A DNA stretch of 64,000 bases from Rhizaria sp. SCN 62-66. Its lineage: Eukaryota. This document shows positions 10,923 to 23,335 of this stretch, piece by piece. The stretch spans positions 186,001 to 250,000 of the forward strand of contig MEDY01000004.1 in the NCBI GenBank assembly GCA_001724265.1, in the 5' to 3' direction. Position 1 is the stretch's first letter, and each line of letters begins with the position of its first letter. The notes under the pieces are model-generated. The model worked only from the letters and a program-made list of their open reading frames with translations. It ran no database searches and was not told the origin of the DNA. A program made the position numbers and the translations under genes.

Positions 10923-13900
10923 ATGTCCTATCATCCCGCCAACCGCGGTCCGTCCCCTCAGGCGGCCCCACGTGACGGCCTCTCGGCGTCCTACGGCCCT
11001 GCGCAGCACCATGATGCCCCACGCCGCCCCGCTAGCCACTACGACCCTGCGCCTGCAGCCGCCTCAGAGCCCTACGTCGGCCGCGGCGCTGCCAACGGCC
11101 ACAACAATCAAGTTGCCGGCCCCGCTGCCGCTGCTGCGCACGGCTACGGTCACGGCGGCTCCGGCCAGCAGCGACCCGCACCGGGCCCCCGCGGCCCCGC
11201 CGTGCCCGCGCCCGTGCGCGGCCCGCAGCCGCAGCAGTACGCGCCCGAGCCCGACGGGGCGAGCTCAGCTTACGGCTCATATGGCACTTCCGGGTCCTAC
11301 GGGAACGCTGGCGCCCCCCGTGGCCGCTCGCACCAACCCCAGGGCAACGCCGACTACGACTACGGCTACGACCAGCAGTACCCGCCCCAGCCGCCGCCGC
11401 CGCAGCAGCAGCAGCAGCAGCAGCAGGGCTACGGCGGCAATGCTGGTTACGCGCCCCGCAGCGGCGGTGACGACCACGGCTTCCGGCAGTACGGCGGCAG
11501 CAACCGCGCACAGCCACACTACCAGCCGTCGCTGTCGCAGCAGCCGCTGTCGCAGCAGCCCGGCGGCCACCATAGCGGTTTCGCCCACGAGCGGCCCCAG
11601 CAGCAGCGGCCGCCGTCGCAGCAACGGCCTCCCTCCCAGGGCCGCGCGCCCTCAGCATCAGCCGCCACAGGCTCTAGTTCTGGTTCTAGCGCGCCGATGC
11701 GGCCGCCATGGCTGGAGCGCGGACAGGCGCCGCCGCCGCGCACGCGCACGCGCGAGATGCTCGCCTACTCGCGGTCCTCGCTGCTGCAGCAGCCGCGCGA
11801 GTACGGACTGGGCGAGGCGCGGCCGGCGCCCGCTGCGGGCGAGCTGGCGGCCGTGCTGCGCGTGGAGCGCGAACAGGCCGAGCACTTCCGCCCGCGCGAC
11901 GAGCGCGTGGCTGAGTGGTCGCGGCACCTGCGCGGCGGCGGGCTGGGCGGCATTGCAGTCACGGCCTCGGCCGCCGTCGCGCCGCCGCTGCTGGCTGAGC
12001 CTGGGGCCGTGCGGACGCGGCGGCCGAGTTTACCGCGCAGCGGCAAGCCCCTGCCGTCGCAGCAACAGCAACAGCAGCCGCAGCACCATCAGCAGGTGAG
12101 GGCTGACAGTCGTCCGCGCCAGCAGCAGCAGCAGCAGCAGTTTCAGCAGCAGTTTCAGCAGCCCCAGCAACAATATGACAGTGACCCGCGCAACGACCCT
12201 CGGTACAACAACGGCCAATTCTCGCAGCAGCAACACCAGCAGGGGCGTTCGCAGCAGCTTTATGCCCAGGGCCCGCCTCCGCAGCAGCAGCAGCCGTATC
12301 CGCCTCAGCAGCAGTACCAACGGCCACCACAGCAACAACAGCAGCAGTACCAGCCTGAATACGAGCACCCGTCTCAGCAGGCTCAGCCCCGTCGCTCGCC
12401 TCAGTCTCAGCCTCAGCCTCAGCAGCGCCCTCGCGCCCCTGTCCAGCCCCAGTCCCAGGCCCCCGCGCCCGCGCCTGTGCCCGCGCCTGCGCGCGCGTCC
12501 GCGACCGCGTCTTTGACCGCCGCTGCGCCGAGCCGTTTGGCCGCCCCGCTGGCCGTGAACCGCCCCTCTGCCGACTACGACGACGACGATGACGACGACG
12601 ACGACGACGACGGGGAGTTTTACGATGCGCACGGCCCCGCGCCCGCCGCGGCGCCCGCGCCGGCCTTTGTGCCCACGCTGGCACTCGACCGGGTTAAGGT
12701 GCCACCTGTGTCGCCCGTCAAGAGGAGCGAGAAGAGCCACGGCCACGGCCACGGTCACGGTCACGGCCACGGTCCGAGTCAGAAGCCGGCTGGCGCAGTG
12801 AACAGTGGCGGCGGCGGTGGTGGTGGTGGTGGTATGAGCGATGACGAGATTCCGCCGCCACCGCCGCCGCCCGACACGCCACCGTCGCGCGGCCGCGCGC
12901 GCACGGCGGCGCCGCACGGGCAGCCCGCTCACGACCCCCACGGCCACCTGCTGCAGCGGCCGCAGCAGCAGCAACATCAGCAGCAGCAGAGCCAGCAGCC
13001 CGCGGACACGTGGTCCCCCAGCCAGGCCCCGCCTCCGCCGCCGCCGCAGCCGTACGCACAGCCACCGTACGCGCCCCAGTCCCAGCAGCACCAGCCGCAA
13101 GGCTACGGCCCTCAGGGCCAGTCGACTCTGGTGCGCCGGACGTCGCGCGAGCTGTACGCCGCTGCCGCCGCTCTACGCGAGCGCTCCCGCTCCCGCGACG
13201 CGCACGGCGACGGCTACGACGCCTATGATGGCGTGTACAACGACAACGCGTATGACCGCGACCGGGAGCGCGACTACTACGACCGTGAGCGGGAGCGCCA
13301 GCTCGGCGGCTACGGCGCCCACGGTCACGCCCACGGCCACGGCCACGCGCAGGGTCACGCGCAGGGGCGCAACGTCACCGGCTCCCCCTCTGCCCCCGCG
13401 CCCGCGCCCATGAGCGCCAGTGCGAGTGCAAGTGCGGGCGCGGGCGTGGGCGTGGCGCCGCTGCGCGACACGACGACGTTCGCGACGACGCGGGATGAGA
13501 TCGCCCGCGCCCGCTCGCGCGCGCAGGCCGCGACGCGCGAGGCGCTCGCCGAGCCCGTGCCCGGCCGCGCGGGCGCCAACAGCGCCACGGCTGCGGGGGT
13601 GAGTGCGAGTGGGGGGTACCACCAGCCGGGGTACGCGCAGCGCAGCACGGCGCGGTCGCCGGCGCGGCCCGCGAAGCTGCCGCCGATGGTCTTCTCCAAG
13701 GCCAACTACGCGCGCCCGCTGCCGCCCGCCGTGATCGCGGCCGCGCTGAACCTTGGCGGCACCGCGGCCAGGACGCGGTCCGCCTCGCGCGGGGCCTCGC
13801 AGACGCGCAACAGCAGCAGCTACAGTGAGGAGTACCCGCGCTATGACGACGGTTATGGCAACGGGTATGATAACGGGTACGATAACTGTGGGCGCATGCC

Positions 13901-16900
13901 TGAGCCCGCATACCCTGAGCCCGCATACGCAGAGCCCGAGCCCGAGCCCGAGCCTGCGTCCACTGAGCCTGAGGCTGAGGCCGCGGTCGACGAGGCTGAG
14001 GCCGAGGCCGAGGCCGGCGTGGACACGGCTCTGGAGGGCGACGCCATTGACGAGGGCGATGTGGTCGCAGAGGGTGACGCCGTCGCCGAGGGCGACGCCT
14101 ACGCTCTCGGAGTCGAGGGCGACGCTGCGGCCGTGGAGGGCGACATTGCGGCCCTCGAGGGCGATTTCGCGCACGAGGGCGACGTTGTTGTCGCGGCTGA
14201 GGAGGAGGTCGGCACCATCGACGCCGATGACAACGCTGACAACGCCGACAACGCTAGCGCCAGTGTCGATGCCGACGCCGCCGAGGCCGCTGTCGCCGCC
14301 GCTGCCGCCGCAGTCGCCGCCGCAGTCGCCGCCGCCGACGCCGCCGCCGAGGCCGAAGCCGCCGCCGAGGCCGAGGCCACCGCTCAGGCCAAAGCCAAGG
14401 TGGAGGCTGAGGCGGTGGCGCAGCCCGCTGCGCCGGCGGCGGCGGCGTCACTGGAGGGCGAGTTGGTGCACGTGCTGTCGCAGCTGGCCTCGCTGCTGGC
14501 GCGCGCCGACGCCGCCGCGACCGCGGACCCCGCCGCCGCGGCCGTGGGGCAGCGCGTCGCCGCCGCGCTCGGCGCCATTGTCGTGCCGCGCGCGTCCGCC
14601 GCGACCAGCAGCGACGCCACTTCTGCCGCCGCTCCCGCTCCCGCTGCGGCCGAGGCTGCGGCTGCGCCCGTGAAGGCGAGCCCCGCGGTCAGCCGTGCCC
14701 CGAGCACGAGCGCTGCCGACGCTGAGGCCGAGAAGGCTCAGACTGAGGCCGCCGCTGACACCAAGGCCGGCGATGACGCTGAGCTCGAGCCTGAGGCTGG
14801 TGCCAATGATGCCGCCGCCGGTGCCGCTGCTGATGCTGATGCTGATGCTGAGGCCGGTCCTCTCGCGGGCGTAACGGTCTCGACCACGCTGCTGCCGCCG
14901 CTGCCGCCGCTGCCGCCGATGCCCACCGTCGCCGTCACGGTCGACGTCACGGCCGGCGCCCGCCGCCACCACAGCTACAGCAACAGCAACAGCAACCGCA
15001 ACGGCGACGGCGACGGCGACGGCGACGGGGACCAAGGTGAAAACCCCGGTCGCGGCGACGGCCACGGCGAAGACCACGACGACAGCGCGTTCCCCAGCGC
15101 CGCCGTGACCCCCGCGCTGGCCCCGCTGTTGCCCTACGCGCGCCCCACCCCCGTCCCAGCACCCGCGCCTGCACCTGTGTCTGTCTCAGTCTCGGGCTCG
15201 GCCAACGCCGCGGATGCTGACGCTGCGGCGGGTGAGTCGACGTCGGTGTCGCTGATGCCATGCCCGGCGACCGCGGAGCCTATGGAGGCTGTCCAGCCTA
15301 CGGTCACTGCGGTCACTGTCACCGACGACGCGGCTGCTCCTGGCGCTGACGCTCCAATTGCTGACGGCGACATCGAGGCCCAGATCGCTGCCGCAGAGGT
15401 TGAGGCCGCAGCCAAGGCCGCCGCGGATGCCGAGGCCGAGCTGGACATCTCGAGCGTGAAGCCGCTCTCGACCTCGGCCTCGCTCTCCGCCGCCATCTCA
15501 GAGGCCGGCGAGCCCCACATGCAGATCCTCACATAGGCGCCCCCGCTCATCGACGGGCTCACGGCTGCTGAGACTGACACTGCGGGGGGTCTGGAGACGC
15601 CCGCGGAGGCGACGCACGGCGCGCCGCTGACGCCGCCGCCGCGCGCGCCGCACTCGCGGCACCGCAGCTTCACGACGCCGCCCACGGCCGAGGCCACGGC
15701 GGCGCCCTCCCCCGCGCCCTCCGACCCGGCCCCCGCGGACAGTGCGGCTGCTGCTGCGGCGGAGAGGCCTGCGGTGGTGTTCCGCCTGACCGAGGGCGGC
15801 GCGGCGCACGCGGCGGGGTCGACCGCGCCCGCGGCCGTGGCCGAGGCGACGGCGTTCCTGGACTCGTTCATCGCCGCCGCGCTGGCCGCGGGCGACGAGG
15901 CCACCGCGCAGGCCGAGGCTGCCGCCGCCGCCGCGCACGCGCACTACGCCCACAGTCACGGGGCCGGTGGGCCGGCTGACCCGGCGGAGGGACTGGTGCG
16001 CACGCGGGCCGACATGATGTCGCGCATCGCGGCCCACATGGACCACTCGAGCGCCGCGCAGCACGCCACCAGCGGCAACGGCAACGGCGGCGCTGTGGTG
16101 GTGCAGCTGCCGTCGCCGATCAAGGCCAGCGCGGTGGCCGGCGTCGGCGCGAGTCCCAACGCCAGCGCCGCGCGTGCCACCGCCGCTGCCGCCGCCGCCG
16201 CCGCCGCCGCCGCGAATAACCCGAGCTCTGCTGACCCCCATAGTCACGTCCATAGTGACGGTCACGGCGACGGGCACGCTCACCCCGACCGGGGGCTGAG
16301 CCAGTCGGAGGCGGCAGCGCTGGCGCTGGCGGCGCACACTGGCGAGGGCACGCTGTCGCGCGCGCTGCTGGTGCACACGTTCGTGACGTCGGCGGGCAGT
16401 GGGCCCGACGAGGACATGCAGCGGCTCGCGGAGCTGCCCAGCTCTGACGACAGCGACGAGGACGAGGACGAGGATGAGGACCGGGGTGAGAGCGACGGCG
16501 ATGGCGAGGACGGTGCGCGCGACGGGTGGGGCAAGAGCTACGGCACTAAAATTCCCCGCCGGAAGCGCATCGCCGCCAAGCACTCCCACTCTGATGACCA
16601 TGACAGCCACAGCCACAGTCAGAGTCAGAGTGACGGTGAGAGTGACGGTGTGTATGATGTTGACTACGAGGGCCGTGGCCACGAGGCTGGAGGGGAGCTA
16701 GGCAACTGGGACGACTACGTGAACGACATCAACGCCGTTGACGACATCAATGACGCTGCGGACAACGCCACTGCGCACGCCGCCGCCGCTGACAACATCA
16801 ATAGCAACAGCAAGTCTGACGCCGAAGCCGCTGCTGCCGCCAGTGCGCAGCCCCGTGAGCACGCTCAACCCGAGTCAAACGCCACCACACAGGCTGCCGC

Positions 16901-17684
16901 CACCGAGACTGCTACTGAGGCAGCAGAGAGCGCTGCGGCGGAGAGAGCTGAGGCGGAGGAGAGCGACGACACCGAGGTCGAGGAGGAGGTCGTGCTCGAG
17001 GTCACCGTCGCGCCTGACGCGAGCTCCACCGCCAACGCCAATACGAACCCTGTCTCTGCCTCTGTGATTGAGCCCGCGCCCACGCCCGTGCCCAGCGCGG
17101 CCCCCGCGGCGTCTGAGCGGGCGGCGACCGTGGCCGACGGGGCCGAAGTCACCTTCGCGGTCGACCACTCGCACGCAGAGCACGCGCCGCCGCGAGCAGA
17201 GCCCGCGCCCGACGCGGCGGCAGCCAGCTCTGGCGCTAAGGTTGATGGCGGTGCTGAGGCGAAGGCTGTCGCCAATGCCGAGTCCGAGGCTGACGCCGGT
17301 AAGGCGGACGCCGACAACTCGGACGACAGCGTGGACCTCAGCGACCCAGACGCGTGGGACGAGAGCCTGGGCGACCTGTCGGCCATTGCCATCGCGCCCG
17401 CTGCTGCCGCCGCCACAGCGAGTGACCACGCGGGTGCCGCCAAGGCGGGCCCGGCCAGCGGGTCGAACCGCGCGTCCGCCGTGACTGCGGCGGCGCACAA
17501 GCCGCCCAACACTGCGCACGCCGCGCCGGCTGTGGCTGCAGCTGCGGGGGCGGGTTCTGACAAGCCGCCGCAGCAGCAGTTGCAGCAACAGCAGCAGCCC
17601 GTACAGCGGGGCCCGGTGCAGCTGGAGCAGGACGACGGCGGCGACCTGAGCGACTTCTCGATCGGCTCGCTTGACCTTGAGTAA
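10923..17684 (+). CDS. Uncharacterised ~2250-aa low-complexity (Q/P/A/D/H-rich), probably disordered protein; internal TAG at 15534-15536
   Basis: ORF-track pieces 10869-15536 and 15774-17684 are in the same frame, separated by one TAG and 79 open codons of identical GC-rich coding style. The AT-rich UTR begins only after the TAA at 17682-17684. Confidence 0.75.
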
Positions 17685-18098
17685 TTCATACACCTTAGCG
17701 CGCGGTCAAGACACCTTGAGAAATATAAAGGAATGCAAATTGACGAATTCAAACGCACAATATCAAGAAACACAACTCTTTTCACAATACATAACTATTT
17801 TACATCATTCTAGCTCAGTTTTTTGATATTTCAGATTGTTTTTACCGCGGCGACTCGACGGGCTCGCAACGGCTATCTGGCGCGCGTATCAGATTTGCAT
17901 GAAATAGCTTTTAATGCGGCATATTTTCGAATTTCGCCATTGAATTTTACTAGAATGAACACACATGATCATGATTTGTTTCACACATGTTCATTAACGG
18001 ATTTATGACAGTGTATTTTCTGGTGTTGTTTTCTTATCCTCAAGTTTGCTCTCTCCTCACTGTTTCGTTATCATTGGGCTATTTTCTGTCTGTCCCTA

Positions 18099-21000
18099 AT
18101 GCCAGGCCAACTCATGTTTAACATATTCGGCTACGGTAGCTCTGCTTCAGCTCCAGCTGCAGTGTCACCTGACGAGGCTGAGTTGCTGAAGCGCCTGCCG
18201 CCGCCCCCGTCGGCGCTTCCCGACGAACACACCCCAACCTCACACCCTGAGCAGTCGCAGGCACAGTCGCGTGCACCTGCCACGCTTTCGCAGCACGCGA
18301 CTCTGGATCCCGACCACTCGTTAGCAGGTTACTTTGACCTTGCGCCCGCGCCCCCGCTGCCCGACAGCTTCGAGTTCTCCGTCTCGCGCTCCACCAACAC
18401 GTACGGCAGCTCCAGCTACAACTCGAGCTTCATCATCAACAACAATACCAGCACGTACTCGGCGCTAACCGGCTCTGATGCTGCGACGATTACTACGCCT
18501 GGTAACTCGCTTAGCGCCGCGCAGTCCGCACCTGGTCCGCCCCCGCCGCCGCCCGCACACACGCATACGTACAGCCACGCTACCCGCGGCAGCCACCACG
18601 GCTTCGGTGCTGACGGCGACGCAGATGGCCCCCGCGTCATCACGGACTCGGGCGAGTTCCCCCCGGACGCCGCCGCCGCCGCTGAGGAGGCCGCGGCCGC
18701 GATGCTGGGCGTGTTCGACTACGCACCCCCCGAGGCCCTGCAGTCCTTCACCGCAATGGCCCTGGCATCCGCCTCGGCCTCGCATTCACAGTCTCACTCT
18801 GGCTCTGGGGCTAGCTCTGCAGCGAGCTCAGGCGCTGTGTCCGCCGCGTCCTCCGGCTCCGTGCCGCCCGCGCACGCTGCCCACGGTTACTTTGCTGCCG
18901 GCCCCGGTCACGGCCAGCATGGGCGCAACACGCTCAACGCCCACGCCGCGGCCGCAGCAGCTCACGCCGCGGCCGCCGCCGCCGCCGCGACCGCGCTGGC
19001 GGACCCCAGCTCGGTGCTCTCATCCTTCTCGGGCTACCCGCACGACGTGCACGGCCACGGCCACGGTCACGGCTCCAGCGGGTTGAGCGGCGCTGACTCC
19101 ATCGTCACTGGCTCCGACTCAGGCTCTGGCGGCGCTGGCGCTGGCGCGGGGCTGGGCGCGGCGTGGCGCGCGGGCACACAGCTCGACTCGGCGACGCGGC
19201 TCTCGTACTCGTCGCTCTGGGAGTGGGGCAAGGCGGCCAACGCGCACGTCTTCGCGCCCTCCCCGCACGCAGCAGCGTCACGAGACGTCGCGGCAGCTGC
19301 TGCGACGGCGATGGACCCCACAAGCGCGGGCGCGGTGACGGTGCCGCTGCCGCTGGCGGGGCCCGCGCGCGCGCCTGGCGCCGGGCAGCTCATCTCGCCC
19401 TCCGTTGCAGTCTCCAGCGCAAGCTCCACCTCAGGCTCCGGCTCGACCGGTTCCGTCGCCGGCGCCGCTGCGGCTGCGGGCAGGGGCGAGGCGCCGGCGC
19501 TGGCGCGCGCGCGCGGCGCCGGGTGCTCCGCGGCGACGGCCAAGGCGCTGGCGCAGACGATCCTGGCCTACGCAGATGCGTGCCGGCCGACAGGCACATC
19601 GAGAGCCCACAATGCAGACGGTGACGCGAGCTTCGCTGCCGACAGAGCCACTTACAGCGACGCTACCGCCGCCGGGCCGCCGTCACCGCCGCCGCAGGTG
19701 ACGGTGGTTGAGTTTGGCGGCGGCGTGGGCAGGCTTGCCTTCCTCGTCCTCACCGCGCTTGTCGACGCCGGCGCGCTCACACTGCCGCAGCCAGCCGCCG
19801 CCCCCATCGCCCCGAGCGCAGCGTCCGCCGAGTCGGTGTGCTCGGCGGCGTCCGCGGCGGCCGTGCCCCGCGCCGCGGTGCGGTACGTGCTGTGCGAGAC
19901 GGATGCTGCGCTGCTCGCACACGCGCGGCGGCACCCGTCGCTCGCTCCCTTCATCGCAGCGGGCGCGCTCGACTTCGCGCTGGCGGACCCCGAGGACGCG
20001 GACGCGCTCCACCTGCTTGAGGCCAACGAGGTCGTTGTGCGCCCGCGGCCCGGAGCGTGCGGCCACTACGCCAGCGCAGGGGCGGCGGGCGCGGGCGCGG
20101 GCGCCGGCGTGGACGCGAGCTTCGTGGCGCTGGGCGGGGGGCTCGACGACGCGACGCTGCGCGACGCCTTCGCCGTCACCGCGGCCGCCGCGGCCATGGC
20201 CGCCACGCTCGCGCCCGCGGGCTTCGGCGCATACCGCGTGCCCGCCGACCCCGCGGCGGCCGCGGCGCGCGCCGGCGTCTCTTTATCGCTGTTGCCGCCC
20301 CAGTCCGCGGCGCCGGACTCGAACGGCGGTAGCGGTGGGAGCAGCGCTGCTGCGGCGGCGCCGCCCACTGCCGACGGGTGGCGGTCGCCCCGCAAGCGCA
20401 ACCCCAACGGCTCCGCGGGCGGGCGGCTCTCTACGCCCGCCAGCCCCGTCGCTAAGCCCAGTCCGAGTGCGAGTCTCAACAGCGTTGCGGCCCAGGAGAG
20501 CGCGGTGCTGAGTGCGGCCGCCGCTGTTGCCGGCGCTTACGCGTACTCGCTGACGCCGCACCAGCCACGCGTGACCACGTTCCCGGGCCCCGTCGTCGCG
20601 CTTGCAAACAACTTGCTTTCGGCGTTGCGCCACGACGCGTTCACCCTGGTCCGAGCGCCGCTCGATAGCAATACGAACAATCTTAACGCTTCTATTGCGA
20701 AGATTGCGGCTGCTGCTGCGGACCCGGTACCCGCGCCCCCGGACTTTGCCCTATCTCTGCTCGAGTGCTCTGTTAGTCTGTGGACCGCGTCCGCGTCCGC
20801 CGCCGCCGCTGCCGCTGCCGCGGCCGAGGACTCGGCGCTGCTCTCGTGCTCGCGGCTCCACTGGGACCTGCGCACCGTCGCCTCAATCCCCGTCACGCGC
20901 GCGCGCCTGCTCGCGTCGGTGCCCAGCGGCGCCGCAGTCGGTGTGGCGGCCGCGACGGCTGCCGCAGCAGCGTCGGCGCTGCTGGCGGGCCCGGCCGCGC

Positions 21001-23033
21001 CCGCGCTGCGCTACTACTCAGGCGTCGACCGCGACCTGAACCCGCTGCTGGGCGACGCCGTGGTTGCAGCCGCCGCGACGTACGGCGTCGCCGACGAGCT
21101 GCGCGCGCACACGCTGCGCCGCCGCGCCGCGCGCTCCGCCTCCGCCTCCGCCTCGGCCAGAACCGGCGGGCCTACTGGCGGCTCCGGCGGCAGTGCGGTG
21201 CCCGCGTCCGTGGCGTGGGGCAGCACCTTTTCGCGCCGCTCGCCGCCGCAGCTGCTCACAGTCCCCATCGGCGCGCTCGCGCTGCTGCGGTCGCTGCGCG
21301 CGCTCTCGGGCGGACGCTGCATGCTGCTCGCCGTCGACAAGCTGGCGCAACCCGCGACCCCCGTGCTGGCGCACGACACGCGCGCTCCCCCCGCGGCGTC
21401 GGCGGCGTCGCTGGTCACGACCGGCGCGGCCGCGGGGCCCGGCGCGGACGCGGGCGTGGCCCCGCTGCTGCTCCCGGGCCGGCGCGCGCCCGCCGTCGTG
21501 ATCGCGGGCGGGCAACCGTCCGTGGTGCTCAACGCCGCCGCGCTGCGCGCCTATGCGCACGGCACGGGCGGCGCGTGCCTTGTCTCGGCCGCCGACGCCG
21601 CGGGCGCGCCAACGGGCGCGGGCGTCGTCGCGGTCGTGTACAATGACGCAAGCCCCGCTGCCGCGCTCGCTGCCGCCGACGCCGACGCCGACGACGCCGG
21701 GCTCGACGGCGGCAGCGGCAGCAACGCCGCGCTGTTGCTGCGCCGCGCGGCCCACATGGCGGACCTGCGCGCGCCCGCGCTGCCCCCGCTGCAGGGCGCC
21801 CCGCTTGCGCCCGGGCTGGCTGTGCTGCCGCCAGCCGTTGCCGCGGCTGCTACCGCTGCTGCCGCGCTTGCAGCTGGCGACGCAGCGGCCGCTGGTGCGG
21901 GCGACGTCGGCGTGGACGCAGAGGCGATCGCGACGCTGGCGACGCTGGCGCTTGCCGCCGCCGCGCCCGCGACACCCGCGCTGGCGGCGACGTTCGACGC
22001 GCTCGCGGCCGACGCCGAGGCCTCCGCGCTGCCGCTGCCGCTGCCCGCGCACCTGGCGCTGCCGCTGCTGCCGCACGAGCCTGTCCCGCCATGCCCGCTG
22101 CTGGCATTCCCGCCGCGCCTCGCCGCCGGCTGCGGGCCCGCGGCGGGCGCCAACGCGCCTGCGCTGCTGCGTCTGCGCCGCTGGGGTCTCCGCGCCGCCG
22201 CCGCGGCCGCGCTGGGCCCGCTCTCGGCCGCGCCGCGCCACGCGCGCTTCCTAGCGCTGGCTGCGGAGGCGCTCGCGCGCGGCGTCGGCTCCGATCTGCC
22301 CCCGCAGCAGCCGCTCGGGTCCACTCTCGCTGTTGGCAGCGGCCACGGCAGCGGCAGCGCGAGTGCGAGCGCGAGCGCGGGGGCCGAGGCGTCGCTGCGG
22401 CTGCTGTGGGACGCGGTGGCGCTGCTGCGTGAGGCCGACTGCGATCCGCTGCTGCTGGCCGCGCTCAGCGACTGCCTCGTGCACCACGTCGCGCGCCTTG
22501 TCCGCGCCGCCACCGCCGCCGGCGGCGACGCTGCCCCCGCGGGTAGCGGCGCCGGCGCCCAGCAGAAAGGCCAGCAGGGGCAGGGGCGCGCGCGGGGCGG
22601 GTCCGTGTCGGCGGTGTCCTCGGGCGCGGGCGCGGCGTCGCTGCCGGCGCCGCTGCGCGCGTGCTGGGCCGCGCTGCAGGACTGCCTGCTGCGGGCCGTG
22701 GCGCGCGACTACCCGCTGCCGCAAGGCGCGGACGTGTCGTTCGCGGCGGGGCAGACGCTGCTGGCGATGCGCGCGTACCCCTGCGCGGTCTCGTGCTTCG
22801 CGCTCAGCGTGGTGCGCCACGGAGAGCACTGCGCGACTGCGCACAATATGGGGCTCTGCATGCTCTTTATGGAGAAGCCCGTCGCCGCGCTCGCGTGGTT
22901 TGACGAGGCGCTGGCGCTGGAGCCCGCGCTGACGGAGGCGCGACGCTGGCGCAGGGCCGTGCTCAAGCGCATCGAGGCTGACGAGCGCAAGAGGTCGTAT
23001 ATGGCAGCGCAAAACGCACGCAACAGGGCATAA
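18099..23033 (+). CDS. MidA/NDUFAF7-like SAM-dependent methyltransferase-fold protein with C-terminal TPR, expanded by Ala-rich inserts
   Basis: Motif-I-like VVEFGGGVGRLAFLVL, then RYVLCETD, RHPSLAPFIAAGALDFA, PVVALANNLL and PIGALALLRSLRALSGGRCMLLAVDK. C-terminal TPR-like helices HNMGLCMLFMEKPVAALAWFDEALALEP; ends in TAA. Confidence 0.65.
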   Translation: MPGQLMFNIFGYGSSASAPAAVSPDEAELLKRLPPPPSALPDEHTPTSHPEQSQAQSRAPATLSQHATLDPDHSLAGYFDLAPAPPLPDSFEFSVSRSTNTYGSSSYNSSFIINNNTSTYSALTGSDAATITTPGNSLSAAQSAPGPPPPPPAHTHTYSHATRGSHHGFGADGDADGPRVITDSGEFPPDAAAAAEEAAAAMLGVFDYAPPEALQSFTAMALASASASHSQSHSGSGASSAASSGAVSAASSGSVPPAHAAHGYFAAGPGHGQHGRNTLNAHAAAAAAHAAAAAAAATALADPSSVLSSFSGYPHDVHGHGHGHGSSGLSGADSIVTGSDSGSGGAGAGAGLGAAWRAGTQLDSATRLSYSSLWEWGKAANAHVFAPSPHAAASRDVAAAAATAMDPTSAGAVTVPLPLAGPARAPGAGQLISPSVAVSSASSTSGSGSTGSVAGAAAAAGRGEAPALARARGAGCSAATAKALAQTILAYADACRPTGTSRAHNADGDASFAADRATYSDATAAGPPSPPPQVTVVEFGGGVGRLAFLVLTALVDAGALTLPQPAAAPIAPSAASAESVCSAASAAAVPRAAVRYVLCETDAALLAHARRHPSLAPFIAAGALDFALADPEDADALHLLEANEVVVRPRPGACGHYASAGAAGAGAGAGVDASFVALGGGLDDATLRDAFAVTAAAAAMAATLAPAGFGAYRVPADPAAAAARAGVSLSLLPPQSAAPDSNGGSGGSSAAAAAPPTADGWRSPRKRNPNGSAGGRLSTPASPVAKPSPSASLNSVAAQESAVLSAAAAVAGAYAYSLTPHQPRVTTFPGPVVALANNLLSALRHDAFTLVRAPLDSNTNNLNASIAKIAAAAADPVPAPPDFALSLLECSVSLWTASASAAAAAAAAAEDSALLSCSRLHWDLRTVASIPVTRARLLASVPSGAAVGVAAATAAAAASALLAGPAAPALRYYSGVDRDLNPLLGDAVVAAAATYGVADELRAHTLRRRAARSASASASARTGGPTGGSGGSAVPASVAWGSTFSRRSPPQLLTVPIGALALLRSLRALSGGRCMLLAVDKLAQPATPVLAHDTRAPPAASAASLVTTGAAAGPGADAGVAPLLLPGRRAPAVVIAGGQPSVVLNAAALRAYAHGTGGACLVSAADAAGAPTGAGVVAVVYNDASPAAALAAADADADDAGLDGGSGSNAALLLRRAAHMADLRAPALPPLQGAPLAPGLAVLPPAVAAAATAAAALAAGDAAAAGAGDVGVDAEAIATLATLALAAAAPATPALAATFDALAADAEASALPLPLPAHLALPLLPHEPVPPCPLLAFPPRLAAGCGPAAGANAPALLRLRRWGLRAAAAAALGPLSAAPRHARFLALAAEALARGVGSDLPPQQPLGSTLAVGSGHGSGSASASASAGAEASLRLLWDAVALLREADCDPLLLAALSDCLVHHVARLVRAATAAGGDAAPAGSGAGAQQKGQQGQGRARGGSVSAVSSGAGAASLPAPLRACWAALQDCLLRAVARDYPLPQGADVSFAAGQTLLAMRAYPCAVSCFALSVVRHGEHCATAHNMGLCMLFMEKPVAALAWFDEALALEPALTEARRWRRAVLKRIEADERKRSYMAAQNARNRA

Positions 23034-23335
23034 AGGCCTAACAGCAATTGCAAACCGTTATATTAGAACTTTTGATTGAAATGTCTGGCGCGCTACAGTT
23101 ATTGTACCGACAGATGCACTAAGTACTCATCATAACAAACAATACACACACTATTTTCTATTCGATGTGGTTAACATGAGTTGAATTGCGATGACTATTG
23201 TATTATTCCTATTATTTAAACGATGAACAATGATATGAGAGATATATGTTTTCACGACTCACGATGCTGCTATAGTAGTTCCTGATGTGTTCTTCTTTGC
23301 TTGCTCTGTACATTTGCTTAAACTTTACTTGTGCT

